From NCBI GenBank assembly GCA_024224595.1, contig JAAENI010000898.1, forward strand, positions 1-47,614: a stretch of 47,614 bases of DNA, written 5' to 3'. Positions 9,223 to 16,671 of this stretch are shown piece by piece. Each line of letters opens with the position of its first letter. The stretch's first letter is position 1. Made by a program: the position numbers and the translations under genes. The DNA is from Hyphomicrobiales bacterium (GTDB lineage Bacteria; Pseudomonadota; Alphaproteobacteria; Rhizobiales; Rhizobiaceae). Under the pieces are notes generated by a model that saw nothing but the letters and a program-made list of their open reading frames with translations, was not told where the DNA came from and searched no databases.

Positions 9223-11286
9223 ATGGCCAATAAGAACACTATCCCGGATCCGATTGAGACCTTCGAAAACTTGCTGGAACATCCGGACACCGACCGGCAA
9301 CCGGCTGCCGTTTTCATTGACAAATCTGTAAAGACGATCGGCCACGTAGTCATGTGGGCCAATGTGCTGCTGATAGCTGCGATCGTGACCCAGGTGTCGA
9401 TGCGCTACTTGTTCAACCAGAACTTCCCGAAGCTGGACGAGATTCAATGGCATTTTTATGGTCTCGTTACGATGATTGGCATTTCTTATGCGCTGGTGAC
9501 CGACAGTCATGTGAGGGTAGACTTACTATATATGCAGGTAAGTCGTCGTGCCCAGAGGATTATCGAGATTATCGGTATTCTAGCGCTTCTTGCACCATTC
9601 ATTTATTTGATGATCGACCAGGGTTACGACTATTTCTACGAGAGTTTCCGGGTTAATGAACGCTCTGACAGCCCCACCGGCCTGCCTGCGCGCTGGGCGC
9701 TGAAAGCGGTCATCCCAATCAGTTTTGTCTTGTTGGCTCTGGCTGCAACTGCCCGGTTGATCCATGATGTTCATGCGCTAATCGGCGGGGATGCAGCCGA
9801 ATGTGCGGGAAAGAGTATTCGCCTCATCATCTGGGCGCTAGTTGGATTTGCGATTGTCGGCACGGCGCTTAGTTTCTTCGTGGAGACAACTGAGGAAAAG
9901 CTGGTCATCGCCATGTTCTTGACCTTTATCGGATTGCTCTTCACCGGCTATCCGGTGGCGTGGACTCTGGCCGGTGTCGGCGTTCTTTTCTGCGGTCTGG
10001 CCTATCTGTTCGACAATGACCTGATGGTGTGGACAGGGCTCGAGAGCACCTTGACCGGGCTTGACTACCTGACCCTTGGCGCCACGGTAAACCGTGTCTA
10101 TTCAACCATGTCGAGCGCGGTGCTGGTGGCCTTGCCAATGTTCATCTTCATGGGTTTGATGCTGGACGAAAGCGGCGTGGCCGAACGCCTAATGAATTCG
10201 ATGCAACGGTTGTTTGGCAAGACCCGTGGCGGGCTTGCGATAACGGTAACGCTGATCGGTATTATTCTCGCCGCGTCGACGGGAATCATCGGCGCATCAG
10301 TGGTGCTGTTGGGTGTCCTGTCCCTGCCGTCCATGATGCAGCAAAATTATTCCAAAACCCTTGCGGGTGGTGTCGTGGCAGCATCTGGTACGCTGGGGAT
10401 CCTGATCCCACCCTCGATCATGCTGGTGATCATGGCTGACCAGATGGCGCTGTCCGTGGGCGATCTTTTTATGGGCGCAGTTTTCCCGGGAATAATCATA
10501 GGAACACTTTACCTGCTGTATATTTTCACCATCTCGCTGATTAGCCCCAAGATCGCTCCGGTTCCCGCAGGCGCAAAATCTCCGGATTGGGCGGCGGTGA
10601 AGGACGTTTTGATCGCTGTCCTGCCTACACTTGGGCTGATCTTGGCTGTACTGGGATCGATCTTTGCGGGTATAACCACGCCGACCGAGGCGTCCGGCGT
10701 TGGCGCTCTTGGTGCGACCCTGCTTGCGCTTGGTTACCGTAAACTGGTATTTAAGAAATTCTGGAACGTGCTGGTCTCCACCTTCAATACCACTGCCTAT
10801 ATCTTCGCGATCTTCCTTGGTGCCACGGTATTCTCCTATGTCTTGCGAGAACTGGGTGGCGATGCGTTGATTGAAGAGGTCGTCGCCTCTACCGGTTTCG
10901 GAGCGATTGGAACCATATCCTTTATCCTGTTCATTGTATTCCTGCTTGGCTTCGTCCTCGACTGGATCGAGATCACCCTAATTGTGCTGCCGCTGATGCG
11001 TCCAATTGTAAACGGTCTTGGTCTTGACGTGCCGGGTTTCGGAGAAATTGACGAGCCCGCATTACTTTGGTTCGTGATCTTGGTTGCGGTGACGCTGCAG
11101 ACTTCGTTCCTGACGCCACCCGTTGGTTTCGCCTTGTTCTATCTCAAGGGAGTCTGTCCACCTGAAATCAAGCTGATGCACATCTACAAAGGCGTGGTGC
11201 CCTTCGTGTTGCTGCAGCTTAGCGGATTGGCGATCGTCTTCCTGTTCCCATGGCTGGTTACCTGGCTGCCATCCGTCGCATACTAA
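9223..11286 (+). CDS. TRAP transporter fused small/large permease (DctQ-DctM fusion)
   Basis: ATG 9223 follows GGAGGA and gives MANKNT... The N-terminal region of about 190 aa is DctQ-like with 4 TM helices. A DctM-like multi-TM domain follows, for about 687 aa in total. Confidence 0.87.
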   Translation: MANKNTIPDPIETFENLLEHPDTDRQPAAVFIDKSVKTIGHVVMWANVLLIAAIVTQVSMRYLFNQNFPKLDEIQWHFYGLVTMIGISYALVTDSHVRVDLLYMQVSRRAQRIIEIIGILALLAPFIYLMIDQGYDYFYESFRVNERSDSPTGLPARWALKAVIPISFVLLALAATARLIHDVHALIGGDAAECAGKSIRLIIWALVGFAIVGTALSFFVETTEEKLVIAMFLTFIGLLFTGYPVAWTLAGVGVLFCGLAYLFDNDLMVWTGLESTLTGLDYLTLGATVNRVYSTMSSAVLVALPMFIFMGLMLDESGVAERLMNSMQRLFGKTRGGLAITVTLIGIILAASTGIIGASVVLLGVLSLPSMMQQNYSKTLAGGVVAASGTLGILIPPSIMLVIMADQMALSVGDLFMGAVFPGIIIGTLYLLYIFTISLISPKIAPVPAGAKSPDWAAVKDVLIAVLPTLGLILAVLGSIFAGITTPTEASGVGALGATLLALGYRKLVFKKFWNVLVSTFNTTAYIFAIFLGATVFSYVLRELGGDALIEEVVASTGFGAIGTISFILFIVFLLGFVLDWIEITLIVLPLMRPIVNGLGLDVPGFGEIDEPALLWFVILVAVTLQTSFLTPPVGFALFYLKGVCPPEIKLMHIYKGVVPFVLLQLSGLAIVFLFPWLVTWLPSVAY

Positions 11287-11335
11287 CATTTCTTCCGGCA
11301 ATCCCCAAGCCGACAAACACAAACGGAGTAGTTCG

Positions 11336-12487
11336 ATGGGCCTCGCACATTGTCATAATTTTCAGGATTTTCGCGCTTTGGCGAAGCGGCGCCTGCCGGC
11401 GCCGATATTCAACTACATCGATGGCGCTGCTGATGACGAGGTAACCTATCGTCGCAACACCGAAGCTTTTGACAATTGTGATCTGGTGCCACGCGTGCTG
11501 GCCGGCGCAAGCGAAGCCGACCTATCGGTGACGGTCATGGGCCAGAGACTGGACATGCCGATTTACTGCTCACCCACGGCCCTGCAGCGCCTGTTTCACC
11601 ACCGCGGCGAACGCGCCGTCGCCGCTGCCGCCGCGAAATACAGAACCATGTTTGGCGTTTCCTCGCTTGGTACCGTCAGCCTGGAGGAGGTCGCAGAACA
11701 ACACGACGCGCCACAAGTTTTCCAGTTCTATTTTCATAAGGACCGCAGTTTGAACAAGGCTATGCTAGAGCGCGCAAAGGCAGCCGGCATCCCGGTCCTG
11801 ATGCTTACCGTGGATTCGATCGTCGGTGGCAACCGGGAGCGCGATCTGCGCACCGGATTTTCCATTCCCTTCCGGCTGACGCTCGGTGGTATGGCGAGCT
11901 TCGCCATGAAGCCCTTGTGGGGCATCAATTATGTGATCCACGAAAAATTTCGCCTGCCCCAGATTGAGGCGCACACTAAGCGGAAAGGCAGCGCAACTTC
12001 TTCTATTGCCGAGTACTTCAACGAAATGCTCGACCCTGCGTTGAACTGGAAAGACGCAGAGGAAATGTGCAAACTGTGGGACGGCCATTTTTGCCTTAAG
12101 GGAATAATGAGCGTGGAGGATGCAAAAAAGGCGGTCGATATCGGTTGTACCGGGATCATCATCTCGAACCACGGTGGGCGCCAGCTCGACGGGTCGCGAA
12201 GTCCGTTTGATCACCTGGCCGAAATTGTCGATGCTGTCGGAGACAAGGTCGACGTCATTTTAGACAGCGGTATTCAGCGCGGCACTCACGTGTTGAAGGC
12301 ATTGTCCCTAGGGGCAAAAGCTGTCAGCGGCGGTCGTTTTTATCTCTACGCTCTAGCTGCTGCCGGCCAACCTGGCGTTGAACGAGCGTTGGGCCTGATG
12401 CGCGCGGAAATCGAGCGCGACATGAAGCTAATGGGTTGTACCTCAGTTCCCCAACTGTCTGCAGAGAATTTGCGGTTTCGCGTGTAA
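11336..12487 (+). CDS. FMN-dependent alpha-hydroxy-acid dehydrogenase/oxidase (LldD / glycolate oxidase / mandelate dehydrogenase family)
   Basis: The ORF is 383 aa. It contains ...DFRALAKRRLPAPIFNYIDGAADDEVTYRRN..., ...LTVDSIVGGNRERDLR..., ...IISNHGGRQLDGS..., ...DSGIQRGTHVLKALSLGA... An ACGGAG RBS lies upstream. Confidence 0.88.
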   Translation: MGLAHCHNFQDFRALAKRRLPAPIFNYIDGAADDEVTYRRNTEAFDNCDLVPRVLAGASEADLSVTVMGQRLDMPIYCSPTALQRLFHHRGERAVAAAAAKYRTMFGVSSLGTVSLEEVAEQHDAPQVFQFYFHKDRSLNKAMLERAKAAGIPVLMLTVDSIVGGNRERDLRTGFSIPFRLTLGGMASFAMKPLWGINYVIHEKFRLPQIEAHTKRKGSATSSIAEYFNEMLDPALNWKDAEEMCKLWDGHFCLKGIMSVEDAKKAVDIGCTGIIISNHGGRQLDGSRSPFDHLAEIVDAVGDKVDVILDSGIQRGTHVLKALSLGAKAVSGGRFYLYALAAAGQPGVERALGLMRAEIERDMKLMGCTSVPQLSAENLRFRV

Positions 12488-13114
12488 CACAAACTGAACT
12501 ACGCAACCATCGCAAGTTGTGCTGCGCCGATTGTGAATGCGAAAGCAAGCTGTCTCAATTGTCAAATGCGCGTCCGTAAATTTGCCATTTTCGATAGTCC
12601 GCCCTTTTTGATTGCTCGTGAAGATGAACTGGCAGATCAGGATCCTATCAATTGGGCATTGATCCCGAAGTCCACGACGAGCTTGAGGTTGTCATTACCA
12701 CTGTTTAGCGAATGGCAGCTCATGGCACTTCGCGACACTGACCGGCATGTCGTACGCTGAACAATAATCAAAATCGAAAATGGTGAAAAGTCCGCATTGC
12801 CGCCATTGCGCAAAATAGAATTCCCGCATGCTTTGGATAATAATTCTTGGTCGCAAGGAGGTATATCCACGTCGCGCTTGTTTGGTTCGCCGAGATACAT
12901 ATTGATTGCATTATGGGTCAGGTGAATACCAAACTTCACACCCTATTTGGTAAGCAGAGATGACCTATGCGGTTACATATCACCGAAGCACAGTGCAGCG
13001 AATTCAAGGGGCGTATGTGCTGCTGAACGAGTTACCGAGAGCTGGACCGCTGTTGGGGCAAAGCTATGACAGCAACAAAACCCAAAACCTGCGGGTCGAT
13101 CAGGAACGGATAAT

Positions 13115-14098
13115 TTAACCCGTACCAATGAGTACGCCTGCGGCAAATACCAGTGTGCCACCCAGTGCAACCTGGAATACTGCCCTGCCCCAGGGGGTTT
13201 CCATGAATTTGTGTTGAATCCAGGTAATTACCCATAATTCCACAAATACAATGAGAATTGCGACATAGGTGGCGATCCAGAAATCTGGAATGAGGTAGGG
13301 TAGTGCATGGCCCAAACCACCAACGGTGGTCATGATACCAGTTGCCAGGCCACGCTTGACGGGAGAGCCACGCCCGGAAATTACACCATCATCGGAGGCA
13401 ACTTCGGTAAATCCCATGGAAATGCCTGCGCCCACTGATGCGGCAATTCCAACCAGAAATGTGGTCCAGGTATCATGGGTAGCAAAGGCTGTTGCAAATA
13501 TCGGCGCGAGAGTGGAGACCGATCCATCCATTAATCCGGCAAGGCCCGGCTGGACATAGGTCAGGATAAAGTCGCGCCTTTCCTTTGCATCTTCCTTGCC
13601 AATTGTCTCATCGCTCAGATTTCTGGCACCTGAATCATCAGCCAGAGACAAATGACCTGCTTCGGCTTGGGCCAAATCCCCAAGTAATTTTCGAATTGAA
13701 GCGTCAGTGCATTGTTTAATTGCTGCAATATAGAAGCGATAGGCTTGTGCTTCCATCTCAACCGCCTGTTTTCTCGCTTTTTCCACACTAAGTGTTTTTG
13801 TCAGCCATTCAGGTCTGCGATAAAAGAAGCCTTTGACATGTTCGCGGCGAATCAATGGGATGAGTTCACCAAACTTTTCCTGATGAAGTTCGATCAACCA
13901 ACGTCGATGTTCATTTTCTTCTTCAGCCATTTCAGCGAACATGGAGGCGGTATCTGGAAAGTCATCACGTAAATTTTCGGCAAATGACTGGAAAACACGG
14001 CTGTCATCCTCTTCGCTTGAGATGGCCAAAGCAAGAATTTCCTGTTCACTCAACTGATGGAAACCGCGCTTATTGAAATTGACGAATCTGGAGAACAT
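13115..14098 (-). CDS. mbfA: membrane-bound ferritin-like (erythrin)-VIT1 fusion protein, putative iron exporter
   Basis: The ORF is 327 aa. The N-terminal ferritin-like domain carries ..MAEEENEHRRWL.., ..AQAEAGHL... The C-terminal VIT1/CCC1-type membrane domain carries ...LAGLMDGSVSTLAPIFATAFA.... An ICE operator lies in its promoter. Confidence 0.85.
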   Translation of the reverse strand: MFSRFVNFNKRGFHQLSEQEILALAISSEEDDSRVFQSFAENLRDDFPDTASMFAEMAEEENEHRRWLIELHQEKFGELIPLIRREHVKGFFYRRPEWLTKTLSVEKARKQAVEMEAQAYRFYIAAIKQCTDASIRKLLGDLAQAEAGHLSLADDSGARNLSDETIGKEDAKERRDFILTYVQPGLAGLMDGSVSTLAPIFATAFATHDTWTTFLVGIAASVGAGISMGFTEVASDDGVISGRGSPVKRGLATGIMTTVGGLGHALPYLIPDFWIATYVAILIVFVELWVITWIQHKFMETPWGRAVFQVALGGTLVFAAGVLIGTG

Positions 14099-14111
14099 GA
14101 ACCCGGCCTTG

Positions 14112-14128
14112 TTTAGAATTGTTCTAAT
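14112..14128. promoter_or_regulatory. Irr-type iron control element (ICE) at the mbfA promoter
   Basis: TTTAGAA-TTG-TTCTAAT matches the consensus TTTAGAA-N3-TTCTAAA at 13/14 specified positions. It sits 14-30 nt upstream of the mbfA ATG. It overlaps the -10 of a minus-strand TTGACT (14153-14148) -N16- TAGATT (14131-14126) promoter. Confidence 0.6.
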
Positions 14129-14199
14129 CTATTAACCTGTCTTCATAAGTCAAGGTAGAGTGCGCTAATTAGGCAAAGATTCATCAACAACAGGTGTAC

Positions 14200-14228
14200 C
14201 TTGCGTGTTTGTGGTGCTTGCCCATTGC
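14200..14228 (+). promoter_or_regulatory. possible sigma-32-type heat-shock promoter of hrcA-grpE
   Basis: CTTG (14200-14203) -N17- CCCATTGC (14221-14228) resembles CTTG-N17-CCCCATNT / CYTATNT. It lies about 75 nt upstream of hrcA. Confidence 0.3.
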
Positions 14229-14302
14229 ATCATTGATGTGAGCCAATATATGGTTAGCGAGTGAAATGAACTTTCCGCTTTAGAATATTTGATGAAAAAC
14301 TG

Positions 14303-15397
14303 ATGACTGCACCGATAATCCAAGAACACGATTCCCTGTCAATGCTTGAGGAACTCGACCAGCGTTCCCGGGATATTTTTCGGGCGATTGTTGAGACTTA
14401 TCTTGATACCGGCGATCCATTGGGTTCGCGGACGCTTTCACGTTATTTGTCACGTTATTCCGTCAGTCTCTCACCAGCTACAATACGCAATGTTATGTCT
14501 GATCTGGAATTGATGGGACTGATCTATTCGCCACATACTTCAGCTGGTCGCATGCCGACAAATTCCGGATTGCGATTCTTTGTCGACAGTTTCTTGGAGT
14601 TTGGCAATCTGAATGATGAGGATCGCTCAGAAATAAAATTGAAATTCAAAGTCGCCTCAAAAGGACAAACGCTGGATAATGTTCTGACTGAGGCCAGTCA
14701 GGTATTGTCCGGCCTGTCACAATCAGCTGGTCTGGTGATCACTGCGAAAAATGATATGCGTCTCAAGCATATCGAGTTTATTAGACTGGAACAAACCAAA
14801 GCTTTGGTTGTTATTGTGAGTGAAAATGGATCTGTTGAGAATCGAATCATAGAATTACCGGCTGGAATTACCGCGTCCAACCTGACAGATGCCACAAATT
14901 TCTTGAATGCAAAACTGACCGGAAGAAACATTTCTGAAGCCAGGGAAGAGTTGCGTGTTCTGCAGGAATCCTTGCGAAGTCAACTGGATTTGCTGGCTGG
15001 AAAAATGGTTCAGCAGGGTGTTGCCGTATGGGCAGGGGTAACAGAAACTGATCCGGGCCATCTTATACTGACTGGCCATGGAAATCTGATCGGAAATCTG
15101 GGTGCAACCGAGAATCTCGAATCTATTCGGCAATTGTTTGATGATATCGAGGCCAAGGAAGGTATTCTGGATCTGTTGCAATTGGCGGAGGAAGGCGATG
15201 GTGTGAGGATTTTCATCGGCTCTGAAAACAAATTGTTTTCTCATTCGGGTTCATCAGTCATTGTCGCGCCTTATCGTGATGGAAACCAACGCGTTGTGGG
15301 AGCATTGGGAATCATCGGTCCTACAAGGCTAAATTATTCGCGGGTAGTACCAATGGTTGACTACACAGCAAAGATTGTGAGTAGATTTTTGCGTTAA
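14303..15397 (+). CDS. hrcA: heat-inducible transcription repressor HrcA
   Basis: The ORF is 364 aa. The N-terminus ...LDQRSRDIFRAIVETYLDTGDPLGSRTLSR... is typical of HrcA, and grpE follows. Confidence 0.93.
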   Translation: MTAPIIQEHDSLSMLEELDQRSRDIFRAIVETYLDTGDPLGSRTLSRYLSRYSVSLSPATIRNVMSDLELMGLIYSPHTSAGRMPTNSGLRFFVDSFLEFGNLNDEDRSEIKLKFKVASKGQTLDNVLTEASQVLSGLSQSAGLVITAKNDMRLKHIEFIRLEQTKALVVIVSENGSVENRIIELPAGITASNLTDATNFLNAKLTGRNISEAREELRVLQESLRSQLDLLAGKMVQQGVAVWAGVTETDPGHLILTGHGNLIGNLGATENLESIRQLFDDIEAKEGILDLLQLAEEGDGVRIFIGSENKLFSHSGSSVIVAPYRDGNQRVVGALGIIGPTRLNYSRVVPMVDYTAKIVSRFLR

Positions 15398-15505
15398 AGT
15401 TAGTTTGTATATGGAAAATATGAACTTTTTTGCATAAAATGACTTGATTTTTGCCTTTCAAAAGCAAATATCAGTTCTAAATAAAATCCTTACCTTTTAA
15501 ATTGA

Positions 15506-16240
15506 ATGGATGGCCTGATGACGGGAAATACCGAACATCAAGAAGATAACTCTGATCTGGAACAAGATGACAGCGTCAAAATTGATCAACCGTTGGGTGG
15601 TGATAAACAGTCGCTGAAAGACGCAGCAGATGCGATACTGCAAGCTGGTGGTGCAACAGCAGAAGCCTATGAAGCGAATGCAGAATTTGAAAGTGATGAA
15701 ACAGCCGACCCGCTTGTCGTTCTGGTCAATGATTTGAAAGTGGCGCATGCAGAAAAAAATGAATTGCAAAATCAGTTGTTACGCACCGTTGCTGAAATGG
15801 AAAATTTACGCAAACGCACCCGCAAAGAGATCGCTGATGCACGGGAGTTTTCGATTGCCTCGTTTGCCCGCGATCTGTTGGGAGTAAGTGACAACCTGCG
15901 ACGTGCAATAGATGCGGTACCGGCGGAGGAGGCAGCAGCTGATACATCGGGTTTGAGAAATCTGATGGAAGGCGTATCTCTGACAGAACGGGAACTGTTG
16001 TCCGCCCTGGAAAAGCATAAAGTTAGAAAAATGTCGCCTAAAGGTGAGCGATTTGACCCAAATTTTCACCAGGCAATGTTTGAGGTCCCCGATAAGGAAA
16101 TGACCAACAATACGGTTGTAGAGGTTGTGCAGGAAGGTTACGTCATTGGTCAGCGTATGCTGCGTCCTGCGATGGTGGGGGTATCAAAAGGGGGGCCAAA
16201 AGCGCCTCGAAATGAATCGATTGATGAGAATGGAAACTGA
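15506..16240 (+). CDS. grpE: nucleotide exchange factor GrpE
   Basis: The ORF is 244 aa. It has an acidic N-terminus, then ...[18 protein letters not shown]... and ...[13 protein letters not shown]... Confidence 0.93.
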   Translation: MDGLMTGNTEHQEDNSDLEQDDSVKIDQPLGGDKQSLKDAADAILQAGGATAEAYEANAEFESDETADPLVVLVNDLKVAHAEKNELQNQLLRTVAEMENLRKRTRKEIADAREFSIASFARDLLGVSDNLRRAIDAVPAEEAAADTSGLRNLMEGVSLTERELLSALEKHKVRKMSPKGERFDPNFHQAMFEVPDKEMTNNTVVEVVQEGYVIGQRMLRPAMVGVSKGGPKAPRNESIDENGN

Positions 16241-16671
16241 TCGGCTATTAGAATTGTTGTGGTATTCACGCTAATTTGGTCACTGGTTTGGGGGGCAGCC
16301 TAGATATTGGTGTAGCTGTCGGTTAGTCAGACTTCCCCGGAACGTGGTACTGTTCAAGAAATTTACGACTGTCTGAACGTGTCCAGACAATCAAACCGAC
16401 ATTGCCAGGATTAAATTGGTTTTTAGGAATTTGCCTTTGGGCATTTCCGGCTTGTTCTGGTTCATTTGATCGGTTTTTGCGTTGTCGCTGACGCTTTGAG
16501 TTTTTGAGCGGAGTTTCTGCCCTGGTCTATCCGACCACAAGGAAATACCAGCAAAGGTCATGTGGTACGAAACTGTCCTTCGGTGAGCCGATTCAACTCA
16601 TCTGCACCGTTACGAACCTTGCCCGATGCGCTGCATCGCGCTACGGTTTGCATCTCGCCGAATGAACTGAT

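Noticed and set aside
8085-12548. Many antisense or overlapping ORFs within the TRAP and lldD-like genes (e.g. 8344..8874, 9196..9510, 11765..12214).
   Set aside because: They are a by-product of higher GC and few stop codons. Each overlaps a gene with clear family signatures, and none carries motifs.
12637-12939. A 100-aa minus-strand ORF (GTG start) in the lldD-mbfA spacer.
   Set aside because: It has no RBS and no recognisable domain. Neighbouring frames carry equally protein-like fragments. I treat it as pseudogene debris rather than a gene (see finding).
14158-14168. GAGTGCGCTAA resembling the right half of a CIRCE element (TTAGCACTC-N9-GAGTGCTAA) upstream of hrcA.
   Set aside because: It has no matching left half at the required spacing and carries an extra base in the half-site. 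This is not a CIRCE inverted repeat.
16249-16260. An 11-12-nt identity (TTAGAATTGTT) with the left half and spacer of the mbfA ICE, just after grpE.
   Set aside because: The right half is degenerate (TTGTGGT). Chance 11-mer repeats are expected by the hundreds in a 47.6-kb window. The position is also not a promoter.
16309-16335. GTAGCTGTCGGTTAGTCAG resembling a tRNA D-arm.
   Set aside because: No acceptor stem, anticodon arm or T-arm (GTTCGAATC-like) can be folded around it. It is not a tRNA or a recognisable tRNA fragment.
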